Shown one piece after another: positions 47,472 to 57,327 of a stretch of DNA of 64,000 nt. Origin of the DNA: an uncultured Gammaproteobacteria bacterium (lineage in GTDB: Bacteria > Patescibacteriota > Microgenomatia > UBA10105 > UBA927); the NCBI GenBank assembly GCA_964448085.1, contig CAYUUX010000003.1, forward strand, positions 5,865 to 69,864. The letters are read 5' to 3'. The position numbers were made by a program, and so were the translations under genes. The notes under the pieces were generated by a model. The model was not told where the DNA came from. It saw nothing but the letters and a program-made list of their open reading frames with translations, and made no database searches. Every line of letters starts with the position of its first letter. Positions within the stretch are counted from its first letter, which is position 1.

Positions 47472-48466
47472 TCATTCTTCTTACGATAATTCTTTGTTTT
47501 ATCGTGCTTTTTGTCTTCCTGAAACGAGAAATAAAACAGCCGGTAAACATGTCGGAAAATGAAGCGCTCTCGCAATGGCTCCGGTCGTTGCAGCAATCCA
47601 TCGAAAGAACCAATCATACGGTCGCCGAAGCGATGCGTGGTCAAACGGGTGATGTTGCGCGCATGCTTCAATCAAATACACAACAATTAAATGAACGACT
47701 TGATACCGCGGCGCATATTATCGGGGATTTAAAGAAAAATCTTGGTGAAATGTCTGAGGTTGGACGAGGTATCCGGAGTCTACAGGATTTTCTTCAATCA
47801 CCAAAGCTTCGTGGTAATATTGGCGAACAGGTATTGGCAGATATGATTGGGCAAACCTTTCCCAAAAAATCGTTTCATCTACAATACGCATTTCGTTCCG
47901 GGACAAAAGTCGATGCTGTATTAGAAACAGACGCAGGATTGTTGTGTATAGATTCAAAGTTTCCGATGGAAAATTTTACCCTGATGCACAAAGGTGAAAC
48001 AGAAACGATACGAGAACGAGCAAAAAAGGATTTTGTAGGTGACGTAAAAAAACATCTGCAAGACATTGCAAAAAAATATATTTTGCCGGAGGAAAGAACA
48101 ATGGATTTTGCGTTGATGTATATCCCGTCGGAAGCTGTGTATTACGAAATTGTCAATAATCAGTCATTGATGGATTGTGCAAAAAATGTTCGTGTCTATC
48201 CCGTCTCACCAAACACATTGTATGCGCATCTACAGGTACTGCTCTTATCCTTTCAGGGGAAAGAGCTTGAGGAGCAATCGCGTGAAGTATTTCGACTTCT
48301 CCGTGCAATGCAGAAGGATTATGAAAAAATCGACGAAGCGATTGGTACATTGGGAAAACATGTGACGAATGCATACAACAGTATGAATACGGTTGCGACA
48401 TCAGTGGCTCAGTTGGGACAAAAACTTGACAGGACGAAACGTATATCAACTTCAGAGAAAGCATAA
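47459..48466 (+). CDS. rmuC: DNA recombination protein RmuC
   Basis: N-terminal TM plus coiled coil, and an RmuC-like C-terminal nuclease core (RGNIGEQVLADMIG ... YIPSEAVY). Confidence 0.65.
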   Translation: MEISLILLTIILCFIVLFVFLKREIKQPVNMSENEALSQWLRSLQQSIERTNHTVAEAMRGQTGDVARMLQSNTQQLNERLDTAAHIIGDLKKNLGEMSEVGRGIRSLQDFLQSPKLRGNIGEQVLADMIGQTFPKKSFHLQYAFRSGTKVDAVLETDAGLLCIDSKFPMENFTLMHKGETETIRERAKKDFVGDVKKHLQDIAKKYILPEERTMDFALMYIPSEAVYYEIVNNQSLMDCAKNVRVYPVSPNTLYAHLQVLLLSFQGKELEEQSREVFRLLRAMQKDYEKIDEAIGTLGKHVTNAYNSMNTVATSVAQLGQKLDRTKRISTSEKA

Positions 48467-48502
48467 AACCACGTCGGTACCCACGAAGAAAGATCCAAAC
48501 AA

Positions 48503-49786
48503 ATGCTGTTTTGTAGTATACTCATCTGCATGTTTTCCCATGTGCGTCACAAGGTGGCAAGTTTTGTGCCCGCTCTTCGTTCTCCGAACTATCGGATGTA
48601 CTTTATTGGGCAGGGGATTTCGCTCGTCGGTACATGGATGCAATCCGTAGCAGAGCAATGGCTTGTATATCCGGTGTTGACAAACAACAAGTCACTTCTC
48701 GGACTCATTAGTGCGGCAAACATGGTGCCCACGCTTATTTTTGTATTGTTTGCCGGCGTTCTTGTTGACCGAATCAATAAAAGAAAAGCATTTATTATAT
48801 TTCAACTTATTTATGCTGGAATCGCTTTTTTCTTGTATATACTCATCGTGACCGGCAAGATTCAGTTGTGGCATATTTTTTCTGCCGCGGTTTTGGGAGG
48901 AATCATTTTTTCGTTTGAAAATCCAACTCGACAGACGTTTATGATGGCGCTTGTAGAAAAAAAGCACATTCCTTCTGCCATGTCATTAAGTTCAGCGTTG
49001 TTCAATTCGGCGCGCGCTGTTGGTCCTGCTGTTGCTGGTATAGTGATAGCAACATTGGGTATAGCTCCAGCATACCTTGTCAACAGCGTAAGCTTCTTTG
49101 CAGTTATTATCAGTCTTTTGATGATGAAATTCCCTTCACAGGAAACGAAAAAGGTAGATGCGCAATCATTTACAGAAGGGATTAAAGAGGGGATAGCATT
49201 CATACGCAGCAACACAATATATATTGCGATTTTGGCAATTGTCGGTAGTATGACATTGTTTACGTGGCCGGGATCGATACTCCAGCCGGTCTTTGCACAT
49301 GATATTTTCAAAAAGGGGGAAATTGGGTTTGGTCTCATACAAAGTATGTTTGGTATTGGTGCCATGTTTGGTGGATTAACCTTTTCGAAGATGTTTGAAA
49401 AAGTGAAACAAAAACATCGACTCCTGTATGTAAGTGTGGGTATGGCAGTCGTGGCAATGATTGGATATGCATGGGCTCCATGGTTTTGGTTTGCTCTAAG
49501 TATGCAAATAATTTTTGGTTGGGCTATAGCAACAACGTATTCTTTGAATGGAACACTGGTGGTAATTGCGGTTCCCGAACAGTTACGCGGAAGAATAACG
49601 AGTATTTATACGTTTGTTTTTATGGGGTTTATGCCTTTTGGTGCGCTTCTCGCGAGTTTTCTCGTTGGGTTCATAAATCCGCGCATTATTATTACGATAT
49701 GCGCCGTTGGGATAGCACTCAGTGTAAGCGGTGTTATATTCTGCATGAAGGGAAAGTACCAAGAACAAATTAACGCAATGGTATAA
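48503..49786 (+). CDS. MFS transporter
   Basis: 12-TM profile and the motif GVLVDRINKRK (MFS loop 2-3). Confidence 0.7.
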   Translation: MLFCSILICMFSHVRHKVASFVPALRSPNYRMYFIGQGISLVGTWMQSVAEQWLVYPVLTNNKSLLGLISAANMVPTLIFVLFAGVLVDRINKRKAFIIFQLIYAGIAFFLYILIVTGKIQLWHIFSAAVLGGIIFSFENPTRQTFMMALVEKKHIPSAMSLSSALFNSARAVGPAVAGIVIATLGIAPAYLVNSVSFFAVIISLLMMKFPSQETKKVDAQSFTEGIKEGIAFIRSNTIYIAILAIVGSMTLFTWPGSILQPVFAHDIFKKGEIGFGLIQSMFGIGAMFGGLTFSKMFEKVKQKHRLLYVSVGMAVVAMIGYAWAPWFWFALSMQIIFGWAIATTYSLNGTLVVIAVPEQLRGRITSIYTFVFMGFMPFGALLASFLVGFINPRIIITICAVGIALSVSGVIFCMKGKYQEQINAMV

Positions 49787-49792
49787 TGGCTT

Positions 49793-52705
49793 TTGATGAC
49801 GAAAGAAGATAGCTCCGAACGAATTCTGAATCCAGAACAACAAAAGGCAGTGAAATTCGGTTCTGGTCCGTTGCTTGTTATCGCCGGCGCGGGAACTGGG
49901 AAAACCACAGTGATATCTGAACGGATTAAATACCTTATTCTTTCAAGAAAAGCGTTACCGCAGGAAATTCTTGCGCTTACATTTACGGAAAAAGCCGCGC
50001 GTGAAATGGAGGAACGTGCAGACCGCATATTACCGTATGGGACAACACAAATGTGGATATCTACATTTCATGCATTCTGCGATCGAGTACTTCGCAACGA
50101 GAGTGTATCAATAGGACTGAATCCGAACTATACATTAATGGGTGAAGCTGAAGCGATACAATTTTTTTCGCATCATTTGTTTGATTTTACTTTTTCCTAT
50201 TTTCGTCCTCTTGGCAATCCAACAAAATTCGTTACCGGTATTTTGCAGCATTTTTCACGTTTGAAGGATGAAGATATCACTCCTGAACAATATCGAATAT
50301 GGGTAGAAACGCACGGAAAACAAAGACAATCTCCGGAATCACGTGAGGAAACGGATAAATATAGGGAGCTGGCAAACGCATATGGAAAATATGAGGAATT
50401 AAAAATAAAGGAAGGTAAGGTTGATTACGGAGATCTGATAACAAATACCCTAAAAGTTTTTCGTACCAGAAAAAAACTACTTGCCCAATATCAAAAGCAA
50501 TTTAAATATATCCTGATAGATGAATTCCAAGACACGAATTTTGCGCAAAACGAATTGGCCATACTCCTATCAGGAACGAAACAAAATATTACTGTTGTTG
50601 GAGATGATGATCAAGCGATTTATCGTTGGCGTGGAGCGGCAATTTCAAATATCATTCAATTCCGTAAGCATTTCAAAAAAGCAAAAATTATCGTACTTTC
50701 CAAAAATTACCGATCAACGCAGAAAATTCTTGATACGTCATATGAGTTAATTCAGCACAATAACCCCGATCGCTTGGAGGTCGTTGAGAAAATAAACAAA
50801 AGATTGGAATGTATGCGCCGGGTACATGGTGAATCAGTGCAGGTACTGTATGCGGAGCGGGTGGAAGACGAGGCAGAGCGAGTTGTAAAAGAGATACGAA
50901 TGTTGATGGATGATGGGGGAAAAACATTGCGTTGGAAAGACTTCGCAATCCTCGTGCGGGCAAACGCGCACGCCGATCCATTTGTCAGATCATTACAGAG
51001 GGCGGGTATTCCATATCAGTTCCTGGGTCCTGGACAATTGTTTCGTCAGCCCGAGGTGAAGGACATCATTGCATATCTGAAAACACTTACGGACATAAAC
51101 GATAGCGTATCCATGTATCGGGTGTTGACGATGGATGTGTTTGCAATTCCGCCGCGGGACGTAGCGGAACTCGTGTCACAGGCAAAACAAAACAATATTT
51201 CGCTTTTTGCCTCCTGCGAAAAATTTTCTGCGATACTTTCCGAATCGGGCAAAAAGAAGATCGAAATGCTTGTTTCGATGATATATAAACACCTGGAGCG
51301 CATTAGCAAAGAGACAGCTGGGCAAATTGCGTATTATTTTTTGCAGGATTCCGGTTTGTTGCAATTCTTCACGACGCTTGCAAGCGTGAAAGATGAACAT
51401 AAGGCAGAAAATATAGCAAAATTTTTCGATAAGATAAAAACGTATGAAGCTGACCATGATGATGCAAGCGTTTTTGCTTTAATCGACTGGTTGATGCTCG
51501 CTATGGAGCTGGGGGAATCCCCGCTTGCAACAAACAGTGATTGGGGGGATATAGACGCAGTAAATATCTTAACAGTACATTCTGCGAAAGGTTTGGAATT
51601 TCCAATTGTATTTATGGTGAATTTAGTGAACGCTCGTTTTCCGACAACCGAACGACGCGAACAAATTCCCATTCCAGACGCTTTGGTGAAAGAAGTGTTA
51701 CCGGTTGGTGACTATCATCTTGAGGAGGAGCGGAGATTATTTTATGTGGGGATGACAAGGGCGCGTGACAGACTGTTTTTAACAGGTGCGAAGTATTATG
51801 GGGACGGAAAACGGGAAAAGAAACTATCTCCATATATTGCTGAAAGCTTAGGAAATCAAGCTGTTCTCACAATGCCGACGATGTCAAAAAATGATACAAC
51901 CCAGTTATTTCTTATCGATTGGGCAAAATCAAAACAACCCATGCGCTCAGAAGAAGCGGTTAAGAAATCACCTCTTACACATATTTGGTATACGCACATA
52001 GAATCTTTCAGAAGATGTCCGCTGCAATATAAATACAGATACGTAGTAAAAATTCCTATTCCAACCTCTGTTGCGTTGGGGTTTGGGGACATTATGCATC
52101 GGTCCATGCAGGAATTCTATAAACAGGTCGTTGCTGGAGGTAAAGTGTCGGAAACTTTACTTCTTTCCATATATGAAAGCCAATGGAAATCAAAAGGATT
52201 CATGAACAAACAATATGAAGAAGAGATGAAACAGCACGGAAAAATGCTTCTTTCTGAATATTATACGAAGGGATACGATGCAAAGACAAAGACGATCGCT
52301 GTTGAGCAGGCTTTTAAGATCAAAATCGCAAAAGATATTACACTTGGCGGCAAAATAGATCGCGTAGATAAAAACCCAGATGGGACGCTTGAGATTATTG
52401 ATTATAAAACCGGCGCAGCGCCAAAAAAAAGAGACCCACAGGAAGATTTTCAATTATCCATCTATGCGCTTGCGGCAACTGATCCGGGTGTGTATGGGAT
52501 CATACCGGAAAAGATAAAAGTATCATTTTATTTTTTTGAGGGTCAAGAACGTGTCTCTGGTACAAGAACGAAAGACCAATTGCTGAAAGTGAAAGAAGAA
52601 ATCGTCGATGCGGCGGAAGCGATACAAAAAAGCCAATTCTTGCCTACTCCGGGTATGTACTGTACATTCTGCGAGTTTCGATTGCTTTGCGATGCGTGGA
52701 AGTAA
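49793..52705 (+). CDS. UvrD/PcrA-family helicase fused to a C-terminal Cas4-like PD-(D/E)xK nuclease domain
   Basis: Walker A AGAGTGKTTV and UvrD motifs (DEFQDTN, VGDDDQAIYRWRGA). C-terminal domain with RRCP...DYKTG...YCTFCEFRLLCD (Cys cluster plus DxK-type core). Confidence 0.75.
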   Translation: MMTKEDSSERILNPEQQKAVKFGSGPLLVIAGAGTGKTTVISERIKYLILSRKALPQEILALTFTEKAAREMEERADRILPYGTTQMWISTFHAFCDRVLRNESVSIGLNPNYTLMGEAEAIQFFSHHLFDFTFSYFRPLGNPTKFVTGILQHFSRLKDEDITPEQYRIWVETHGKQRQSPESREETDKYRELANAYGKYEELKIKEGKVDYGDLITNTLKVFRTRKKLLAQYQKQFKYILIDEFQDTNFAQNELAILLSGTKQNITVVGDDDQAIYRWRGAAISNIIQFRKHFKKAKIIVLSKNYRSTQKILDTSYELIQHNNPDRLEVVEKINKRLECMRRVHGESVQVLYAERVEDEAERVVKEIRMLMDDGGKTLRWKDFAILVRANAHADPFVRSLQRAGIPYQFLGPGQLFRQPEVKDIIAYLKTLTDINDSVSMYRVLTMDVFAIPPRDVAELVSQAKQNNISLFASCEKFSAILSESGKKKIEMLVSMIYKHLERISKETAGQIAYYFLQDSGLLQFFTTLASVKDEHKAENIAKFFDKIKTYEADHDDASVFALIDWLMLAMELGESPLATNSDWGDIDAVNILTVHSAKGLEFPIVFMVNLVNARFPTTERREQIPIPDALVKEVLPVGDYHLEEERRLFYVGMTRARDRLFLTGAKYYGDGKREKKLSPYIAESLGNQAVLTMPTMSKNDTTQLFLIDWAKSKQPMRSEEAVKKSPLTHIWYTHIESFRRCPLQYKYRYVVKIPIPTSVALGFGDIMHRSMQEFYKQVVAGGKVSETLLLSIYESQWKSKGFMNKQYEEEMKQHGKMLLSEYYTKGYDAKTKTIAVEQAFKIKIAKDITLGGKIDRVDKNPDGTLEIIDYKTGAAPKKRDPQEDFQLSIYALAATDPGVYGIIPEKIKVSFYFFEGQERVSGTRTKDQLLKVKEEIVDAAEAIQKSQFLPTPGMYCTFCEFRLLCDAWK

Positions 52706-52714
52706 GGGATACTT

Positions 52715-53560
52715 CTATGGATTTGGGTCTATCAGGGGATAGTAAAGATTCTGACCACCAAAGCCTTCTTTGAATTTGGTAAAACCTTTCCACGCGGTAT
52801 ATTGTCGTGGTCTTCGTTCGTCCCAAACACCGACAAAATCAAATGTCCGGCAACGGTGTCTTCTGGCAAGTTTAATGGATTCCCATACGAGGAGTGTCGG
52901 CGCAAATAATTTTTTCCCTTTTTGCGTAGCCCCCGCTATCCAATAGTAGCAACAGGTATTCCATGTTAGAAGAAGCACCCCTCCAACGACGTTCCCCGTT
53001 TTTTCTTTAGCCAGTAATATGTACGCTTTCTTTTTGGGAGAAAAGATATTCCATAATTTATCTATTCCGTATGTCGTGATGCCTCCAAATAACCCGGCAG
53101 ACGAATTTTTAACCGCGATAAGTTCGTGAATAGCATTTGTTTCCTTTACCGTCAGACCGTTTTTTTGTGCTTTACGAACTGCACGTCTTTTGGCAGACGT
53201 GCATGCGTTAAATAGGTCTAATTCCTGTCTCTTGAGGTTGATGCGGATCGTTTTCGTTGGAAGAAAAGGGGAGCGCATAATTCTAAAAGATTGTGCAAGA
53301 GTGTGTATCCACGCATTGAACGCCGCTTCATCTTCAGTTGCTTTTGGCTCGATACTGACTTGTCGAACGTGGAGGGAATGAAGATGTGCAACTAAATCTG
53401 GAATGTCCGGTAATTTTTCCGGGCGTTGAATTTTCGCCAGCACGCCAAGGAAGGGGATCCTTTTTGAAAATACCGTTATCCCTTGGACTGTTGATACTCC
53501 CCACCGAAGGGAAGTTATGTACTGCTGATATAGTGGGGATTGTTGCAGTTCCATAGTCAT
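52715..53560 (-). CDS. FemAB-family peptidyl/aminoacyl transferase (peptidoglycan interpeptide bridge formation)
   Basis: C-terminal AWKGFTKFKEGFGG (the FemAB FKxgFg motif) and GNAT-like dimensions. Confidence 0.55.
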   Translation of the reverse strand: MTMELQQSPLYQQYITSLRWGVSTVQGITVFSKRIPFLGVLAKIQRPEKLPDIPDLVAHLHSLHVRQVSIEPKATEDEAAFNAWIHTLAQSFRIMRSPFLPTKTIRINLKRQELDLFNACTSAKRRAVRKAQKNGLTVKETNAIHELIAVKNSSAGLFGGITTYGIDKLWNIFSPKKKAYILLAKEKTGNVVGGVLLLTWNTCCYYWIAGATQKGKKLFAPTLLVWESIKLARRHRCRTFDFVGVWDERRPRQYTAWKGFTKFKEGFGGQNLYYPLIDPNP

Positions 53561-53586
53561 TCTATTCGACTCGTTGAAGCATCGTG

Positions 53587-54597
53587 TTATTTGCTAAGTT
53601 TTAGTATCATCCAGCGAACGGTGTCAATTGCGCAGTAGATGGTATATAAGGAAGGTTTCAAAACGAGGTCATAAGAACCGACAAATTCCACGAGCTCTGG
53701 AGCATAGCCGACTTTAAAACGATGAAAACCGTACCAAGGATCCTTGGGATCTGGATTTGGTCCCATTGCACCCCATAAGTCAAATTTTTGTACGTTATGG
53801 TTTTTTCCCCATTTCATCAATTCCCACAACAATACGTTTGGCGCCATCGTTTCCTTGTGAAGGCGTGAAGATGCTCCGTAGGGATAATACATTATCCCGT
53901 CATAAACAAAAATAATCCACGCAGCGAGAACTTCGTGATCGTATGATGCCGTCCAAAGATGTGCGATGCCTGCGTCACGCATGATACGCCACATGGTTCT
54001 ATGGTACGTGCTGTTGTGGGCATAAAACTTTTGCCGTGCAGTCGTTTCTTCTTCTAACCGTAAATACTGTGAAAAAGCTGCATCGCTATTGTCTTCCGTA
54101 ACTTGAACTCCGTGTTTTTGTGCAACCCTGATGTTATACCGAGTTTTTGAATGCATGGCTCGAAGCAATTGTTCCTCTGTTTTAGTGAGATCAATAACGA
54201 AGGTATATCTTGTAAAGAGTGGATGATGTGATGGTTTGAGATGGATATCGTGAGGGATGTGCCTTTTTTTATCAACCAGGATATTGGGTTCAATTTGGAT
54301 GAAAATTGCTTGTTGGTTGTGACCGACGTTTCGTAATTCTTCAAGCGTTTTTTTTGTGAGAACGTTTCCTTTTGGGAAATACCCAATTGTATATGGTGTA
54401 TGCGGTATTCGATGAAATGATACATACCCGTTTGATGTCTTTTCAATCGTGACTCCCATGGATTGTCTAAAATTTGCCCAGGCCTCTGTTTGAATAGGGT
54501 GTATGGGGGCGCTCGGTGTGTTTTTTTTGGATGTCATAGGCATATTATCGCGTTTTTCTCCATGTGTTACAATAGAAGTGGTATGAAAAGACGTCAA
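53587..54597 (-). CDS. FemAB-family transferase (second paralog)
   Basis: YGFHRFKVGYAPE C-terminal motif. ~330 aa, like FemX/FemA. Confidence 0.55.
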   Translation of the reverse strand: MTSFHTTSIVTHGEKRDNMPMTSKKNTPSAPIHPIQTEAWANFRQSMGVTIEKTSNGYVSFHRIPHTPYTIGYFPKGNVLTKKTLEELRNVGHNQQAIFIQIEPNILVDKKRHIPHDIHLKPSHHPLFTRYTFVIDLTKTEEQLLRAMHSKTRYNIRVAQKHGVQVTEDNSDAAFSQYLRLEEETTARQKFYAHNSTYHRTMWRIMRDAGIAHLWTASYDHEVLAAWIIFVYDGIMYYPYGASSRLHKETMAPNVLLWELMKWGKNHNVQKFDLWGAMGPNPDPKDPWYGFHRFKVGYAPELVEFVGSYDLVLKPSLYTIYCAIDTVRWMILKLSK

Positions 54598-54785
54598 CTG
54601 CCAAGACGCAGCATAAGGAAAAAGTCTTCGTTTTTCCCCTTTATTGATAACAGCATTTTTCCGGACATCATTTCATTTAAGTGCGTCAAGGGTCCGCTTC
54701 GGATATTCTTGCAGATAGAAATTGCACTGTCTCTCCTCGTTGTAATTGGAACCTGCATCGCTGTTACAGTAAAGTTTTGGCCGTA

Positions 54786-56660
54786 CTAGAGAAGAAGCGT
54801 GTCCTCATTAAATCCCCAGGATGCATCGATTGAAACATGTCGTTCAATGAGATGTTCTGGAATATCGGAAATAAAACGGGAAATAAGATTTTGTGTTCGT
54901 GTACCAAAAAAGAGTCTTCTGTTTGCATACGTTAAATAGAGGCGTTCTTTTGCGCGTGTAACCCCAACATAGCAGAGTCTCCGTTCTTCTTCGAGTTCTT
55001 CCCGGTCCATAAGTGATCGGCTGTGCGGAAACAACCCCTCTTCCATGCCAACGATAAATACGATTGGGAATTCAAGTCCTTTTGCCGCGTGCATGGTCAT
55101 AAGTGTGACCGCGTTTGATTTCTTCCCGGTCTCCCTTGATTTTTTAGACACGTATTTTTCCTCAAGGAGCGCTACAACTTCAAGAAAGTCTTGAAGTATC
55201 GGGTATTCGGCTGCAACAGATCGAAGTTCCTTTATATTTTCAAGACGCGACGCTTCTTCGTCGACGGTTGCGTCGTACAAGGAAAGATAATCCGTTTTTT
55301 CCAATATTTTGTCCATGAGTTCTAGTGTGGTAAAGGAAACGAGTTTTGTATCCTGGATTATTTTTTGGGCAAAAGACTGGAATTTTGCTAATCTTCCCTT
55401 ACCAAGTTTTTCTATGCGTCTGTATGAAACAGAGTCTTTTGGATTTGCAAGATTTTTAAGATATGCAAGGACGTCCTTGATTTCCTTCCTTTCATAAAAG
55501 CGCGTCCCTCCGACAAGAACGTAAGGGACACCGGAGCGAAGAAACGCCTCCTCAATCGTTCGTGATTGCGCATTGGTTCGATACAGTACCGCAAAATCGG
55601 AGAAATTGCGGTGCGTTTGCAATATTGTTGTTACTAAAAACAACGCTTCGTCGTGTTCAGTCCTTGCTTCATACAGAAGGACCGGTTCTCCGCTTGCGTT
55701 GTTTGTCCAAAGTTTCAAAACTGGGTGGGAAGTATTTTTGGATATGACACACGTTGCTGCATCCAGGATGGTTTGTGTGGAGCGATAGTTTTGTTCCAGA
55801 TGAAATTCCTTTGCCTGTGGATAGTCTCGTTTGAAGTTGGTTATGTTGGTAAAATCAGCCCCTCTAAAACGATAAATACTTTGTGATGCATCCCCAACCA
55901 CGCTGATGTTTTTATGGCGATTCGCAAGTTGTCTTGCGAGAACATACTGTGCACGGTTGGTGTCCTGATATTCATCAATAAGAATGTAGCGATACTGTTC
56001 TTGATATGTTCCAAGCACGTTGGGATTCGTATCAAAAAGTTGCACGGTTTTCATGAGAAGATCATCAAAATCGAGTGCTGCGTTTTCCAGAAGTTTTTTC
56101 TGATACAAAAGATATACTCTCGCGACAGTTTCTTGAAAGAAGCCCCGAGCGAATTGGGGATATTCCAACGCGGGTATTAATTGATTTTTTGCTTCTGAAA
56201 TTGTTGATAGGACTGCTTGCGGATGGAAATCCTTTGTTGATATATCAGCTTCTTTCATAACATCTTTAATCGCGTCCAACTGATCCTGACTGTCATAAAT
56301 AGTGAAATGGGGCGGTATCTGAATGAGTACTCCATCACGTCTAAGGATTTTTGCGCAAAACGCATGAAACGTTCCGGCAAACGGAAGATCTGAAATTGCC
56401 GTTCGTGTAGATGCCTTTTGTTCTGTGTGTAACAACTGAATAATTCGTTCCTTCATCTCACCCGCTGCCTTATTGGTAAACGTAACCATGAGAATTGACA
56501 AAGGATCAACGTGTTTTTCAAGGATAAGATATGCGACCTTATATGTAAGGACTCTCGTTTTTCCGCTTCCAGCACCTGCGAGGATGAGAATTGGGCCATC
56601 GGTTGTCTTTACTGCGCGTCGTTGATCGGGATTTAATTCATTGAGGAGATCGCTTTCCAT
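54786..56660 (-). CDS. pcrA: ATP-dependent DNA helicase UvrD/PcrA
   Basis: MESDLLNELNPDQRRAV...ILAGAGSGKTRVLT, then DEYQDTN and VGDASQSIYRFRGA. The start is set at MESDLL; the ORF track extends upstream. Confidence 0.85.
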   Translation of the reverse strand: MESDLLNELNPDQRRAVKTTDGPILILAGAGSGKTRVLTYKVAYLILEKHVDPLSILMVTFTNKAAGEMKERIIQLLHTEQKASTRTAISDLPFAGTFHAFCAKILRRDGVLIQIPPHFTIYDSQDQLDAIKDVMKEADISTKDFHPQAVLSTISEAKNQLIPALEYPQFARGFFQETVARVYLLYQKKLLENAALDFDDLLMKTVQLFDTNPNVLGTYQEQYRYILIDEYQDTNRAQYVLARQLANRHKNISVVGDASQSIYRFRGADFTNITNFKRDYPQAKEFHLEQNYRSTQTILDAATCVISKNTSHPVLKLWTNNASGEPVLLYEARTEHDEALFLVTTILQTHRNFSDFAVLYRTNAQSRTIEEAFLRSGVPYVLVGGTRFYERKEIKDVLAYLKNLANPKDSVSYRRIEKLGKGRLAKFQSFAQKIIQDTKLVSFTTLELMDKILEKTDYLSLYDATVDEEASRLENIKELRSVAAEYPILQDFLEVVALLEEKYVSKKSRETGKKSNAVTLMTMHAAKGLEFPIVFIVGMEEGLFPHSRSLMDREELEEERRLCYVGVTRAKERLYLTYANRRLFFGTRTQNLISRFISDIPEHLIERHVSIDASWGFNEDTLLL

Positions 56661-56670
56661 AGAGTATAAT
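56641..56670 (+). promoter_or_regulatory. Sigma70-type promoter of tpiA (TTGAGG, 18-nt spacer, TATAAT) giving a leaderless mRNA
   Basis: TTGAGG at 56641-56646 and TATAAT at 56665-56670. The ATG is at 56680, 10 nt after the -10 box, with no SD. It overlaps the divergent pcrA start codon. Confidence 0.5.
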
Positions 56671-56679
56671 CTTATCATA

Positions 56680-57327
56680 ATGCCGAAGCGCTTTTTGATA
56701 GGAAACTGGAAGAGTAACATGACTCTTTCTGAGATGAATGAATGGTTTGAGGTGTTTATACCAACACCTGGTATTACCACAGTGCTATGTCTTCCGTTTA
56801 CATTGTTGTCATCAGCAAAAGAGCTTATACAAAAGAAAAACCTTCCAATTGCAATTGGGGCGCAGGATGTATCACCTTTTGGAAAAGGTCCATATACAGG
56901 AGAAGTAACTGCGGACATGATAAAAGAATTCGCTTCGTACGTATTAGTGGGGCATTCAGAAAGAAGACAATATTTTCAGGAGTCCCTTGAGGAACTTTCC
57001 TATGAAACATTGCAGGCAAAAACGGCAGGGTTAACAGTAATCTATTGTGTTGCCGATGAAGAGGAACACATACCAAAGGAAGCCGATATGGTTGCTTTTG
57101 AACCAATCGGATCCATAGGCACGGGGAATCCGGAAAAACCAGAAATTATACAGGCAAAATGCGAAATATTCAGGAAAACTTCAGGAAAAACGATATTATA
57201 TGGAGGTAGTATTACAGAGGAGATCGTTCGGGATATTCTTAAAACAGAAGCGGTAGATGGATTGCTTGTGGGTCAGGCAAGTTTGGATCCAGTGCAATTT
57301 ACTTTAATTGGTAAACAACTTTCATGA
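56680..57327 (+). CDS. tpiA: Triosephosphate isomerase
   Basis: FLIGNWKSN, VGHSERR and GGS...GLLVGQASL motifs. Confidence 0.85.
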   Translation: MPKRFLIGNWKSNMTLSEMNEWFEVFIPTPGITTVLCLPFTLLSSAKELIQKKNLPIAIGAQDVSPFGKGPYTGEVTADMIKEFASYVLVGHSERRQYFQESLEELSYETLQAKTAGLTVIYCVADEEEHIPKEADMVAFEPIGSIGTGNPEKPEIIQAKCEIFRKTSGKTILYGGSITEEIVRDILKTEAVDGLLVGQASLDPVQFTLIGKQLS

